A stretch of 64,000 nucleotides of DNA from NCBI GenBank assembly GCA_963737065.1, contig CAVTRC010000001.1, positions 1,792,001-1,856,000 on the forward strand, given 5' to 3'. The notes beneath the pieces were generated by a model, which did not search any database, was not told the DNA's origin, and saw nothing but the letters and a program-made list of their open reading frames with translations. The DNA is from Candidatus Eremiobacteria bacterium (GTDB lineage Bacteria > Vulcanimicrobiota > Vulcanimicrobiia > Vulcanimicrobiales > Vulcanimicrobiaceae). The translations under genes were made by a program, and so were the position numbers. Below are positions 18,895 through 28,958 of this stretch, one piece after another. The stretch's first letter is position 1, and each line of letters opens with the position of its first letter.

Positions 18895-19647
18895 CTACTT
18901 CAGCAGATCCGGGCGCTTTGCGGCATAGCGGCGGCTCCACGCGATTTCAGTGCCGTCGCGCATTTTGATTTTGTAATCACCGTGAAACCACGGATGGATT
19001 TCGGCGATCTCGTCGATGTTGACGACGTGCGATCGATGCACGCGCGCGAACTGTGCGGGATCAAGGCGCGTTTCGATGGATTCGAGCGTCGCGCGTAGCG
19101 CATGCGTTGCGCGCGCGGTGTGCACGATCACATTATTGCCATCCGATTCGAGGCGCTCGATCTCGCGCGTCGCGACGAAGAATGACCGGCCCTCATTCGG
19201 AATTAGCAGGCGACGGATGTACTGTTCCTCATTGCGGATGCGCGCTAGCGTTGCCGCGAGTGTTTCGCCGTCGGGGCGCGTCTCGACCGAACGCCGCGCG
19301 CGCTCCAGTGCTTGTTCGAACCGGTTCCTATCGTAAGGTTTGAGCAGATAGTCCAGTGCGCTTACCTCGAATGCTTTGACGGCATAGCGGTCGTAGGCGG
19401 TGACAAAGACGATCGCCGGCGGCTCGTCGGCTCGCACGAGGGCTTGCGCAACACCCAGTCCGTCGAGATCGGGCATGTGAATGTCGAGGAAGACCAGGCG
19501 CGGCTTCATCATCGCGATGAGATCAAGCGCGTCGATGCCGTTCGATGCTTCCGCCACGATGCTCACGTCATCGTGCTCGCCGAGAAAGCGCGCCAGCTTC
19601 CGGCGCGCCGGCGCCTCGTCATCGGCAATCATCACGGGAATCGTCAC
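18895..19647 (-). CDS. LytTR family response regulator
   Basis: IADDE, FLDIHMP, FVTAYD, DYLLKP; LytTR FARVHRSHVVN. Confidence 0.96.
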   Translation of the reverse strand: MTIPVMIADDEAPARRKLARFLGEHDDVSIVAEASNGIDALDLIAMMKPRLVFLDIHMPDLDGLGVAQALVRADEPPAIVFVTAYDRYAVKAFEVSALDYLLKPYDRNRFEQALERARRSVETRPDGETLAATLARIRNEEQYIRRLLIPNEGRSFFVATREIERLESDGNNVIVHTARATHALRATLESIETRLDPAQFARVHRSHVVNIDEIAEIHPWFHGDYKIKMRDGTEIAWSRRYAAKRPDLLK

Positions 19648-20717
19648 GCGTCGGTCCCTTCGACATACGGAAGCGTCAGCGTCGCAAGCGTTCCACCGTC
19701 GTCGCGCGCCGCAATCACGAACGACGCCCCGGCGCCGTACATGTAGTCCAGTCGAGAGATCGTATTATTCAGCCCGATGCCGTTTGCGACGCCTTCATTG
19801 TATCCGATACCGTCGTCCGCGACGCGAATGACGGTTGATCCGTTCTGTCGTGCGACGTCGATGTCCAAGTCGATCGACGAGCGCGCCGACCCCATACCAT
19901 GGCGGATGCTGTTTTCGAGGAGCGGCTGCAGCAGCATGAATGGGACGAGCGCTTTGTGCGCTGAATCGTCCACGCGAACGTCGAGCAGCAAGTTGCGCTC
20001 GAGTCTCGTCTTCATAATGTCGACGTACATGCGCTCGATGCGGAGCTCTTCATCGACTGTCACGGACTGCACGCCGCTCGACGCCAGGACCAAGCGCATG
20101 AACTCGCTCACCTGCGTCAACATCTGGTCCGCTTTGCCGACGTCTTCATACATGACGGACGAGATTGCGTTCAACGTGTTGAAGAGAAAGTGCGGCTGAA
20201 GCTGCAGCCGGAGATTCTCCAGCTTTGCTTCCGACAGTTTTCCTTCGAGCTCCGCCTCTTTCACGGCCGCTTTGCGCGCATCCGCAAGGTTCACGAACAA
20301 GGCGATCAGTCCGAGCATGAGCGCATAATCGAAGAGATCGCCTGCCCCTTCCATGGGATACCGGTAGAGCATGTTGCCATAGCTATATGCGCCGAGGCCG
20401 AGCACCCAGTAGACGGCGATCCGCGACGTCCACATCAGCGTTGTGTGGAGGATCGAATAGATCACGGCCCCGGCGATGTTTCCCGCAATCGCTCTGATCC
20501 AATTTTCGCCGAAGCAAAACCGCCGGTAAAACCAGAAGATCAGCGGGAGCAACGCCATCGCGCAGTAGGTTCCGGTGAACTCTTCGATGATACGTCGCGT
20601 GAGGGTCCCGTGATACCCGCGTGCGAGATCGTCAAGGTAGTAATGGAGGCTGTTGAGGATTCCGAGCGCGGTGAATCCAAGCAAAATCAGGAGCCACGTT
20701 CGACGCGACAGCTTCAT
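19644..20717 (-). CDS. LytS/YehU-type sensor histidine kinase
   Basis: N-terminal TMs; LQLQPHFLFNTLN, LQPLLENSIRHG, DDGIG, GIGLNN. Confidence 0.95.
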   Translation of the reverse strand: MKLSRRTWLLILLGFTALGILNSLHYYLDDLARGYHGTLTRRIIEEFTGTYCAMALLPLIFWFYRRFCFGENWIRAIAGNIAGAVIYSILHTTLMWTSRIAVYWVLGLGAYSYGNMLYRYPMEGAGDLFDYALMLGLIALFVNLADARKAAVKEAELEGKLSEAKLENLRLQLQPHFLFNTLNAISSVMYEDVGKADQMLTQVSEFMRLVLASSGVQSVTVDEELRIERMYVDIMKTRLERNLLLDVRVDDSAHKALVPFMLLQPLLENSIRHGMGSARSSIDLDIDVARQNGSTVIRVADDGIGYNEGVANGIGLNNTISRLDYMYGAGASFVIAARDDGGTLATLTLPYVEGTDA

Positions 20718-20800
20718 AAGAAGGTTGTACAACCCCGGCGCGTGCCTCGGCAATCGCCGCGTGACGAGCGGGACACGACCGCCGTGAGGCGGCAGCCGCG

Positions 20801-22270
20801 TTACTTCGGGTCGAACGCGCCGGTGAGAATCATCTGCTCCGAAAGCTCGCGCGCCGCTTTGTATTCCGGCCCGACTTTCTCGAGCTCTTCATCGAAGATC
20901 GCCGAAAGGGAAGCCGGCGTATAGGGGCCCGGATAACGCATGCGTTGTGCGATCATCAGCCGGTAGATGCGGTCGGTCGCGAGGTCTTCCATGTAGCCGT
21001 CGACCAGACTCGCGCCTTCACCCGCGAGCACTCCGTGACGATAGCGAATGACCGTACGAACTGCGGCTCGCGTGCCCTCGATGGATGTCATGCCGATGCC
21101 CTTCGGCGAAGGACGCAGATCCGGCTGCAGCGTCGGCAAATCCGGACGTTTGTCGAGTTGATTCGGGTACGGAAATTGCGCGACCGCAATGGCGTTTTGA
21201 TCCGGGTGCCCGGTCCACGCGCCGTCCATCAAGCACGCCGCTTCGTTGTTCTTGTCGCGTTCCAACACGCTGAGCGCGCGTTCGTTGAGCTGCGCATCGT
21301 CGCGGCTCGGATACAGCGCGGTCATGCCGCCGATAGCGAGCGCGCCATGTTTGTGCGTGACCTCCGGCAAGAGCGTACGCAGGTTTTGGAAGAACGGCAC
21401 GTCGGTCGGAATCGTGTTGCGATCGGGAAAAAGCCAGTTCGGATCGTTCAAGTTGAAGTGAATCAAACTTGCCATGTAATCCCAGCGCCCGAGGTTCAGC
21501 CCGACGATGTAGTCACGGAGATTGAAGAGGAACTCTTCGGTTTGGAACGCGAGCGGATGCGATTCGACGAGCGCCATCGCCTTGATCGTACCGGCGTTCC
21601 ATCCCTTCGCTGCGATGATGTCGTCGAAGAGTGCTTTCCACCACAACGCTTCTTCGGCTGACTCCGACTTCGGAATATAGATGCAGAGCGGGTGCTTGAG
21701 CCGGTTGTAGTCGAGACGAAATGCGAGTAGCGCGACGTCGAAGAGCGACGCGCTCGTAAGTTCTTCTTCGATGACGCCCGCTTGGGAAAGATGTAACCCG
21801 CGCACCCGGTTCCATATAACGGTATTGCCCGGTTTGATTCCGACCGTTGTGCCGCGTTTGGCGTCGTCGTACGTCAGTTCGCCGTACAGCGCGTTCACGA
21901 GGTTCTCGTGACCCAGCATCAAGTGGTCCCACGTGTTTACGATGGAATCCTCGAGATCGAGCATCACACCGGGAGCGCCCGAATTGAGCATCTTCACGAC
22001 AAGCGCGGCGTCATCTGCCGGGCCCGTCATTTGATTGCGTTGATCGCGGCACCACTCGGGCAACTCGATATGCCAATCGGTCGTCGTTGCTTCGGATGGC
22101 GGGAGGTACGTCGGCAGCCGGCCCGCATGCGCGCGCGCGAGCTGAGCGGCTCGCGCGTGCGCGAGACGTTGTTGCGACGGCGTGTATCGCCGGTGCAACG
22201 GGAGATAAAATTCCGCAAACCCCTTCGGCAGATCGCGTTGCAGCGTGAATTCCGCTGGAGCGACGTTCAT
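20801..22270 (-). CDS. aceB: Malate synthase
   Basis: TGPAD, LNSGA, DLEDS, YIPKSES, LNLGRWDY, GAWTGHP, MEDLATDRI; directly downstream of aceA. Confidence 0.93.
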   Translation of the reverse strand: MNVAPAEFTLQRDLPKGFAEFYLPLHRRYTPSQQRLAHARAAQLARAHAGRLPTYLPPSEATTTDWHIELPEWCRDQRNQMTGPADDAALVVKMLNSGAPGVMLDLEDSIVNTWDHLMLGHENLVNALYGELTYDDAKRGTTVGIKPGNTVIWNRVRGLHLSQAGVIEEELTSASLFDVALLAFRLDYNRLKHPLCIYIPKSESAEEALWWKALFDDIIAAKGWNAGTIKAMALVESHPLAFQTEEFLFNLRDYIVGLNLGRWDYMASLIHFNLNDPNWLFPDRNTIPTDVPFFQNLRTLLPEVTHKHGALAIGGMTALYPSRDDAQLNERALSVLERDKNNEAACLMDGAWTGHPDQNAIAVAQFPYPNQLDKRPDLPTLQPDLRPSPKGIGMTSIEGTRAAVRTVIRYRHGVLAGEGASLVDGYMEDLATDRIYRLMIAQRMRYPGPYTPASLSAIFDEELEKVGPEYKAARELSEQMILTGAFDPK

Positions 22271-22271
22271 C

Positions 22272-23582
22272 TTAGACGGATGCTACCTCTTTCGCCTTAC
22301 CGTTTCCGTAGAATTGCTCGGTTTCCGTTGATCCGTGTAGCGCGGTCGTCGACGACTGCCCTTCGCTGATCACCTGGGCCACTTCATCGAAGTATCCCGT
22401 GCCGACCTCGCGCTGGTGACGCGTCGCCGTGTAGCCGAATTCTTCGGCGGCGAATTCCGCTTGCTGGAATTCCGCGTACGCCGACATCCCGCGCGCTTTG
22501 AACTCGCGCGCGAGTTCGAAGAAGCTGAAGTTCAGCGCGTGGAAGCCGGCTAGCGTGATGAACTGGAACTTGTATCCCATCGCGTTGAGCTGCTCGCGGA
22601 ACGTCGCGATCGATCGATCGTCGAGTTTCTTCTTCCAATTGAAGGACGGCGAGCAGTTGTACGCGAGCAGTTTGCCGGGGTACGTTGCATGAATCGCCGC
22701 GGCAAACTTGCGCGCTTCTTCGATATTCGGTTCCGACGTTTCCATCCACAGCAGATCCGCATACGGCGCGTACGCGAGGCCGCGCGCAATGCACGCGTCG
22801 ATGCCCTGTTTGGTACGAAAAAATCCCTCCTGCGTGCGCTCGCCGCTGATGAATTGCCGATCGACCGGATCGACGTCGCTCGTGACGAGCGTCGCTGCGT
22901 TTGCATCGGTGCGCGCGATGATGATCGTCGGAACGTTCATCGCATCCGCGGCCAGACGTGCCGCGATCAGATGACGCACCGCTTGTTGCGTCGGAATCAG
23001 CACTTTGCCGCCGAGATGGCCGCACTTTTTTTCCGAGCTCAATTGATCTTCTAAATGCACGCCCGCTGCGCCGGCCTCGATCATTGCTTTCGTCAATTCG
23101 AACACGTTGAGCGGGCCGCCGAACCCGGCTTCCGCGTCGGCAACGATCGGGAGGTAGTTCTCGGCGCCCCCGCGCCCTTCAACCGATTCAACCTGATCGA
23201 GGCGCGCGAACGCGTTATTGATGCGCTTGACCATTTGCGGAACGCTGTTGACCGGATAGAGGCTTTGATCCGGATAAACCTGGCCCGCGACGTTTGCATC
23301 GGCGGCGACTTGCCAGCCGCTGCAGTAGATGGCCTTCAGCCCGGCTTTCACGGCTTGGACCGCCTGTCCGCCCGTCAGCGTCCCGAGCGCGGCCGTCGCG
23401 TCCGGCTCTTGCAGCAGCTGCCACAGTCGTTCCGCTCCGAGCCGCGCCAACGTCTGCTCCACGACGACACTGCCTTGCAGCTTGACCACGTCCGCAGCGG
23501 TGTAACGGCGTTCGACGCCTCTCCACCGTGGATCGCTGCTCCATTGTTTGGTCAGGCCGACTGCGCGCTCGTTCGTACTCAC
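22272..23582 (-). CDS. aceA: Isocitrate lyase
   Basis: [48 protein letters not shown] start with GGAGGGG RBS. Confidence 0.98.
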   Translation of the reverse strand: MSTNERAVGLTKQWSSDPRWRGVERRYTAADVVKLQGSVVVEQTLARLGAERLWQLLQEPDATAALGTLTGGQAVQAVKAGLKAIYCSGWQVAADANVAGQVYPDQSLYPVNSVPQMVKRINNAFARLDQVESVEGRGGAENYLPIVADAEAGFGGPLNVFELTKAMIEAGAAGVHLEDQLSSEKKCGHLGGKVLIPTQQAVRHLIAARLAADAMNVPTIIIARTDANAATLVTSDVDPVDRQFISGERTQEGFFRTKQGIDACIARGLAYAPYADLLWMETSEPNIEEARKFAAAIHATYPGKLLAYNCSPSFNWKKKLDDRSIATFREQLNAMGYKFQFITLAGFHALNFSFFELAREFKARGMSAYAEFQQAEFAAEEFGYTATRHQREVGTGYFDEVAQVISEGQSSTTALHGSTETEQFYGNGKAKEVASV

Positions 23583-24342
23583 GTGATTCCCCTCCGACGT
23601 AACAGCAGAATTGGACTGGGAAGTCCGCATATTGGACCGACTCAATTGGATGGTGGACGGTAGAATGTTGGACTGCTATACCCTTATACAAAAGCCCACA
23701 AACTCACGTCAACCGTTCGGTACATCTTGATCCTCGGCGGCGGGCATTTCCGGCTCGCCACATTGTCGATGCGCGCGAACACGCCGCGGTCCGCGACGAC
23801 AAACGGCGATCGCCGAACAGCGGACGCTGGGAAACGCGGCGCTACGCCTGCGTCTCGACTCTGCAGTGTCTATGCCGATCGATCCGCCGTGCGGTATGAC
23901 GGCAATACCTTCCGATCCGGCGGACCGCTTCATGTATTTGCGATAGCGTCCGTTGCGCGGCGGCGTAGTCGAATCGCGCACGTTGTTGCCTTCGCTAACG
24001 CATGCCGACGTTTATCGATACGCTCTTACGTAATGCGCCGCACGCCGCGCCGGTCTCACGCTGCGTGCGGCAAGCAACTCGATTGTCGACCGTTCACCCG
24101 TGCGAACCGCTCGTGGCTGAAAGAGAGCGAAAAAGACGGCGCACACGGAAAGGATCCCGCTCACGACGGATTCGGCTATGTGACGTACGACACCAAGAAA
24201 CACCAATATGGGACATGGGCGGAACTGCGCTGGCGAATGACTACGGAACAAAATAACGACACACAGCACGTGGACTGAGAAGGGCAAGCAGTTGAGCAGT
24301 CACGGTGCCTGTACGAAGCAGTAAAATTCCCGTAAGAGCGAA

Positions 24343-24372
24343 GGCCCGGATCGCAGGATGCGGGCCGTTTTT
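24343..24372 (+). terminator. Terminator-like hairpin at the end of the GNAT gene
   Basis: GGCCCG...CGGGCC followed by GTTTTT. Confidence 0.5.
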
Positions 24373-24940
24373 ATTGTGTGGGCTTCTCTGGAATCCAATC
24401 CTCGTTGATCAGACCGACGAGGATTGAATCGTGCCAGCCGCCGTCAATGAAGAGATAGTAGCGCGCGTAACCTTCGAACGCGAAACCGAGCTTGCGTAAC
24501 ACCCGTCCGCTCGCGATGTTGTCCGGGAAATATCCGGTCGAAAGGCGATGAAGTCGTAATCCCTCGAAGGCGAAACGAACGACGGCGCGCGCTGCTTCCG
24601 TCGCGATGCCGCGGCCCTGGTGCTCGGCGTTGACCGAGTACGCGAGAATCGCATCTTGTCGCGGCCCCCGCACGATATGCGTCACATGCACGAGTGCGAC
24701 GATCTCGTGGCCGTCTCGTTCGAAGACCGCAAACGTGAACGCTTTGTCGCCTGCCGCGAACGCTTCGGCGTTCTCGATTTCCTCGCGAACCGCGCGGAGG
24801 GTATAGGAATCATCGGTTCGCGCGGGTTCGTACGGTTTCAAATGCTCGCGGTTGCGCAGGTGGTACGCGAGTAGCTTATCAACGTGGGCCGCCTTGAGCG
24901 GCTCCAAACGAAACCGCTCGGTTAACAACGTGTGTGTCAC
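24371..24940 (-). CDS. RimJ/RimL-type GNAT N-acetyltransferase
   Basis: RNREHLKPYEP, HQGRGIATEA, LRLHRL, NIASGRVLRKLGFAFEG. Confidence 0.92.
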   Translation of the reverse strand: MTHTLLTERFRLEPLKAAHVDKLLAYHLRNREHLKPYEPARTDDSYTLRAVREEIENAEAFAAGDKAFTFAVFERDGHEIVALVHVTHIVRGPRQDAILAYSVNAEHQGRGIATEAARAVVRFAFEGLRLHRLSTGYFPDNIASGRVLRKLGFAFEGYARYYLFIDGGWHDSILVGLINEDWIPEKPTQ

Positions 24941-24943
24941 ATA

Positions 24944-27900
24944 TTACGTCAGTGTCGGGAGCGACAACGACGGGCGCGTCGTCAGATCCGGCTGTAGCTC
25001 GGTCGTGTGCTCGAATGCGCGATCCATCAGCCGCAATGCGAAATCAAGTTGCGGATCGCGTCCCTCGCGATAATCTTGCGGCGCGAAATCGACGTCGTAA
25101 TCCGGGTCGGTGCCATAATTCTCCACGGCCCAGCCGACGTCGGAGAACCAAAACGAATACTCCGGTTGCGTCGTGAGCGTGCCGTCTACCAGATGATGGT
25201 ATGGTTCGATGCCGATAACGCCGCCCCACGTGCGTTTACCGACGAGCGGCCCGAGTTTGTAGAGTTTGAAACAGTGGCTGAAGATGTCGCCGTCCGAGCC
25301 CGCAAACTGATTCGTGATCGCGATCATCGGGCCGCCGACGGACTCGGGCGGATACGGTACGGCTGCGCCGTAGCGCGGTACGTCATACCCGACGCGTTTG
25401 CGTGCGAGTTTCTCGAGTAAGAGGGGCGAAACGTGTCCGCCGCGATTGTACCGGACGTCGACGACCAAACCGCGACGGTTGAACTCGCTCAGGTACCCGC
25501 GATGAAACTCCGCGAACCCCGAGGGCCCCATGTCGGGAATGTGCACGTAGCCGACACGCCCACCGGTTTTTTCATGCACGTAGCGACGATTCGCGTCCAC
25601 CCATGCGCGATAGCGCAGAGGGGCCTCCGATGCGAGCGCTTTGATGAGTACCGTTCGCTCTTCGTCTTTGCGGGTGCGAATGGTAATCGAGACGTCCTTA
25701 CGCGCCGAATTGACGAGCAAACGATCCGGCATGACCGCTTGCGTTAAACGGCGCCCCCCTATTGCAACGATTACGTCGCCTTCGTGAATATCGAGACCGG
25801 GCTCGGCAAGCGGTGAATCCGTATCGCGATTCCACGAGTCGCCGCGATAGATGCGCGCAATCCGATAGCCCTTGCGTTCGATGTCCCACGCGAGTTCGGC
25901 ACCGAGAAAACCACGTTGATACTGCGGGGGCAAGCGATGATCGCCGCCATATTCGTAGGCATGCGATGTCCCGAGTTCGCCTTGCATCTCCCAAATCAGA
26001 TCCGAGAGTTCCGTGCGCGTCCGCACGCGCGGAAGCACGGCTTTGTAGCGGTCGTAGACGCGGTCCCAATCGATGTCGCTCATGTCCTCGACCCAAAACT
26101 GCTCGGTCTGCAGGCGCCATGCTTCGCGATACATTTGGGCCCACTCATCGCGCGGCACGATCTCCACGCTCGCGCGGTCGAGATCGAGCCATCCGCTCTT
26201 GCGTCCGGGCTCATTGGCCGGTTTCTCGGGCTCTTCGTCGGGCAGATCGTTCGTTGCATCGATTGCACGCAAACGCTCCTGCGACCGGTAGATCAGCGTG
26301 TGTCCGTCGGCGCCGATGCGGAACTCGTGCACGTCGTTCGCGATGGGTGCTTGACGCAGTTGTTCAAAGTCGTACGCGTACAGCGTCCCGAGCGCTTCTT
26401 CGTCTTCGTCGTCACGCCCGGCCGGTTTGATTCCTTGCACGGGAAAGCGCGTATAGAAGACGCGCCCTTTAATCGCTCCGATTTGTTCGTACTCGCCTTC
26501 CTCGACCGGAAACCCGAGCACGCGACCTTGAATGCCGTCGAAGTCGATGTCGATGCGAACGTCGTTGGGTTTTCCGTTTCTCTTCTCGTTTTCGTCGTCG
26601 TGTTCGTGATTGCGATGCACGGGTCGCGGCTGCGGAACAAACGGTGACGGGACGTCGCTTCGCAGCGTTACGACGAACGGACGTTGCGCTTGCGGAAAGC
26701 TCAGATCGAACTGCAGAGCATCGTAGACGGGATTAAAATCGCGCGTCGATATGAAGTAGAGGTACTTGCCTTCCGGATCCCACGCCGGCGAATGGTCGAT
26801 CCGTAACGGCGACGTGACGTCATGGACCTTCCCGGATTTGACTTTCGCGACGCGAACGATCGATGTTCCGTACACCGGCCACCAGGAATAGGCGATGTAG
26901 CGTCCGTCCGGTGAAAACGCCAATCCCGTGACACGCCGCGCGGGGCTCGTATCGATGACGCGTACGTTGCCGTCGAGATCGAGCACGCAGAGTTCGTGCC
27001 GGTGATTCGCAAAGGCAATCGTGTCGCTCGTGGGCGAAACGGCGAGCTCCGTTACGCGGCCGATGTCGCCATCGGTCAATAGCTTCGGCTCATCGGCGAC
27101 GTCGGCGCGATGCAACGCGATTTGTTCGTATCCGTTGCAATCGGTGACGCAGACGAAACGCTTTCCGTCTTTGAGCCATTGGGCTAGGCGGACGCGCACG
27201 CGGCTGCCGCACCCGTGTTGGATGACGGCACCTTCAAAGAGCGGCATCGTGAACGCCTCACCGCGCGACACGAATGCGACGCGCGTGCCGTCGGGATGCG
27301 GCGCGAAATGCTCGAGCGATTCGGACGCGGCTTCGAAGCGGCGAACCGTTTGCGGTTCAGCGGACGGCGTTTCGATCGGCACTTCGCGCACGCTATCACT
27401 CGCGATGTCGAGCAAATGAATTGCGCCGGCGGCACCATAGACGATGCGCGTTCCGTCGGTCGAGGGAAAACGCGCGTAGTACTCGGCTTCCTGCGAGTGC
27501 CGGGTAATCTCCGACCCGTCCGTCCGGCACGAATAGATGTTGCCGATGCCTTCATGGTCGTCGAGAAAAAAAATCCGTTCGCCGATCCACATCGGCCATG
27601 TCGGGTTGCCGGGAAGCGCGAGGCGCTCGAACTCGCGGTCCGCGTGCGCTTCGACCCAAATCTCGCCCGTGGTTCCGCCGCGATAGCGTTTCCATCGTGC
27701 CGGATCGACGGCATTGCGTCCGAGCACCATCGCGCCCGTCGGTCCGAACGAGAAGCTGCGCGCGTGCCCGACGTTGAGTTCGCGCGGTTCTCCACCGTCG
27801 CGTCCAATGGAAAAGGGCCACGTCTCGCCTTCGAACCACGCGCGCGCGTTGGCCGCAAAATAGATTTCCGATGCGTCGGCGCTCCAGCCCATTACGTGCG

Positions 27901-28165
27901 CGACGCTCGATCCCAGGAACGTCAAGCGGCACGGCTGCCCTCCCATCGCCGGCATGACGTAAACTTCCGGGTTCCCGTCGTCGTTCGAGACGAACGCAAT
28001 CCACGCGCCGTCGGCCGAAAGCCGCGGCGAGCTGCAGGCCCCGAAGCTAACCGTCAGGCGCGCCGCGGTACCGCCTGAAACGGGCACCGACCAGAGGTCG
28101 TCCTCGCATACGAAGACGATCCGATCGCCCGCGATCGTCGGATAGCGGTAGTAGCCTTGGGTCAT
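24944..28165 (-). CDS. Tricorn protease (S41)
   Basis: Propeller start GYYRYPTI...EDDLW, RWKRYRGG, GELGTSHAY, PDZ, DVRYNRGG, AGSDGDIF, GKRTWGGVIG. Confidence 0.96.
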   Translation of the reverse strand: MTQGYYRYPTIAGDRIVFVCEDDLWSVPVSGGTAARLTVSFGACSSPRLSADGAWIAFVSNDDGNPEVYVMPAMGGQPCRLTFLGSSVAHVMGWSADASEIYFAANARAWFEGETWPFSIGRDGGEPRELNVGHARSFSFGPTGAMVLGRNAVDPARWKRYRGGTTGEIWVEAHADREFERLALPGNPTWPMWIGERIFFLDDHEGIGNIYSCRTDGSEITRHSQEAEYYARFPSTDGTRIVYGAAGAIHLLDIASDSVREVPIETPSAEPQTVRRFEAASESLEHFAPHPDGTRVAFVSRGEAFTMPLFEGAVIQHGCGSRVRVRLAQWLKDGKRFVCVTDCNGYEQIALHRADVADEPKLLTDGDIGRVTELAVSPTSDTIAFANHRHELCVLDLDGNVRVIDTSPARRVTGLAFSPDGRYIAYSWWPVYGTSIVRVAKVKSGKVHDVTSPLRIDHSPAWDPEGKYLYFISTRDFNPVYDALQFDLSFPQAQRPFVVTLRSDVPSPFVPQPRPVHRNHEHDDENEKRNGKPNDVRIDIDFDGIQGRVLGFPVEEGEYEQIGAIKGRVFYTRFPVQGIKPAGRDDEDEEALGTLYAYDFEQLRQAPIANDVHEFRIGADGHTLIYRSQERLRAIDATNDLPDEEPEKPANEPGRKSGWLDLDRASVEIVPRDEWAQMYREAWRLQTEQFWVEDMSDIDWDRVYDRYKAVLPRVRTRTELSDLIWEMQGELGTSHAYEYGGDHRLPPQYQRGFLGAELAWDIERKGYRIARIYRGDSWNRDTDSPLAEPGLDIHEGDVIVAIGGRRLTQAVMPDRLLVNSARKDVSITIRTRKDEERTVLIKALASEAPLRYRAWVDANRRYVHEKTGGRVGYVHIPDMGPSGFAEFHRGYLSEFNRRGLVVDVRYNRGGHVSPLLLEKLARKRVGYDVPRYGAAVPYPPESVGGPMIAITNQFAGSDGDIFSHCFKLYKLGPLVGKRTWGGVIGIEPYHHLVDGTLTTQPEYSFWFSDVGWAVENYGTDPDYDVDFAPQDYREGRDPQLDFALRLMDRAFEHTTELQPDLTTRPSLSLPTLT

Positions 28166-28237
28166 GACCAGCAGGGGTTACGACTTGTCCGACGGGTCTC
28201 TTGCACGCAGTAATTACTTTGTGTTACAAAGTGAGGC

Positions 28238-28954
28238 ATGATCGACGCCCGCGCGCTGGCCGCCGTCCCCCACCACGTTGCCATCATTATGGACGGCAAC
28301 CGGCGCTGGGCGAAAGACCGCGGCTTGCCGGTTGCTGAGGGCTACCGGCGCGGCGTGACGGCCCTCCGCGGAGCGGTTCGCGCGGCCGCGGCCACCGGCG
28401 TCGGCCGGTTGACCGTCTACGGGTTTTCGACTGAGAACTGGCGGCGCGAGTCCGGCGAGGTCAGTCTGCTCATGCAGCTCTACGCGGCTTGCGCGCAGTC
28501 CGAGAAGGGGGACCTGATTCGCCAAGGCGTGCGGGTCGAAATCATCGGGGAACTCGACGCGTTTGCGTTTCCGGCGCGCGCGGCGCTGCGCGATCTCGTT
28601 GAAGCGACGAAGCGCGGCACGCGCATCACGCTCGCGCTCGCACTCAATTACAGCGGCCGCAACGAGATCGTCCGCGCGGTTCAATCGATCGCGCGTGACG
28701 TGGCCGCAAACCGGCTGACGCCCGATTCGATCGACGAGTCGATGCTGCGCGGCCGCATGTACGCGCCGCATGCCGCCGACCCCGATCTGTTGATCCGAAC
28801 GGGCGCTGAGTTTCGCGTTTCGAATTTCCTTTTATATCAGCTGGCATACACGGAGTTGTTGACCCTGCCGGTCATGTGGCCGGATTTTGACTCCGCGCAA
28901 TTTGACGCTGCCGTGCGCGAATACGGCGATCGTCAACGCCGCTTCGGCGGGTAG
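28238..28954 (+). CDS. uppS: Isoprenyl transferase / undecaprenyl diphosphate synthase
   Basis: HVAIIMDGNRRWA, FSTENWRR, NYSGRNEI, DLLIRTGAEFRVSNFLLYQ, RQRRFGG. Confidence 0.95.
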   Translation: MIDARALAAVPHHVAIIMDGNRRWAKDRGLPVAEGYRRGVTALRGAVRAAAATGVGRLTVYGFSTENWRRESGEVSLLMQLYAACAQSEKGDLIRQGVRVEIIGELDAFAFPARAALRDLVEATKRGTRITLALALNYSGRNEIVRAVQSIARDVAANRLTPDSIDESMLRGRMYAPHAADPDLLIRTGAEFRVSNFLLYQLAYTELLTLPVMWPDFDSAQFDAAVREYGDRQRRFGG

Positions 28955-28958
28955 CGCG

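Noticed and set aside
20755..20800. LytTR direct-repeat operator upstream of the kinase
   Set aside because: Only a 5-bp match (TCACG) at 23-bp spacing in GC-rich DNA; too weak
23700..24340. ORFs 23727..24278 (+) and 23709..23981 (-)
   Set aside because: Only patches look protein-like (e.g. GFGYVTYDTKKHQY); probably decayed remnants that I cannot assign
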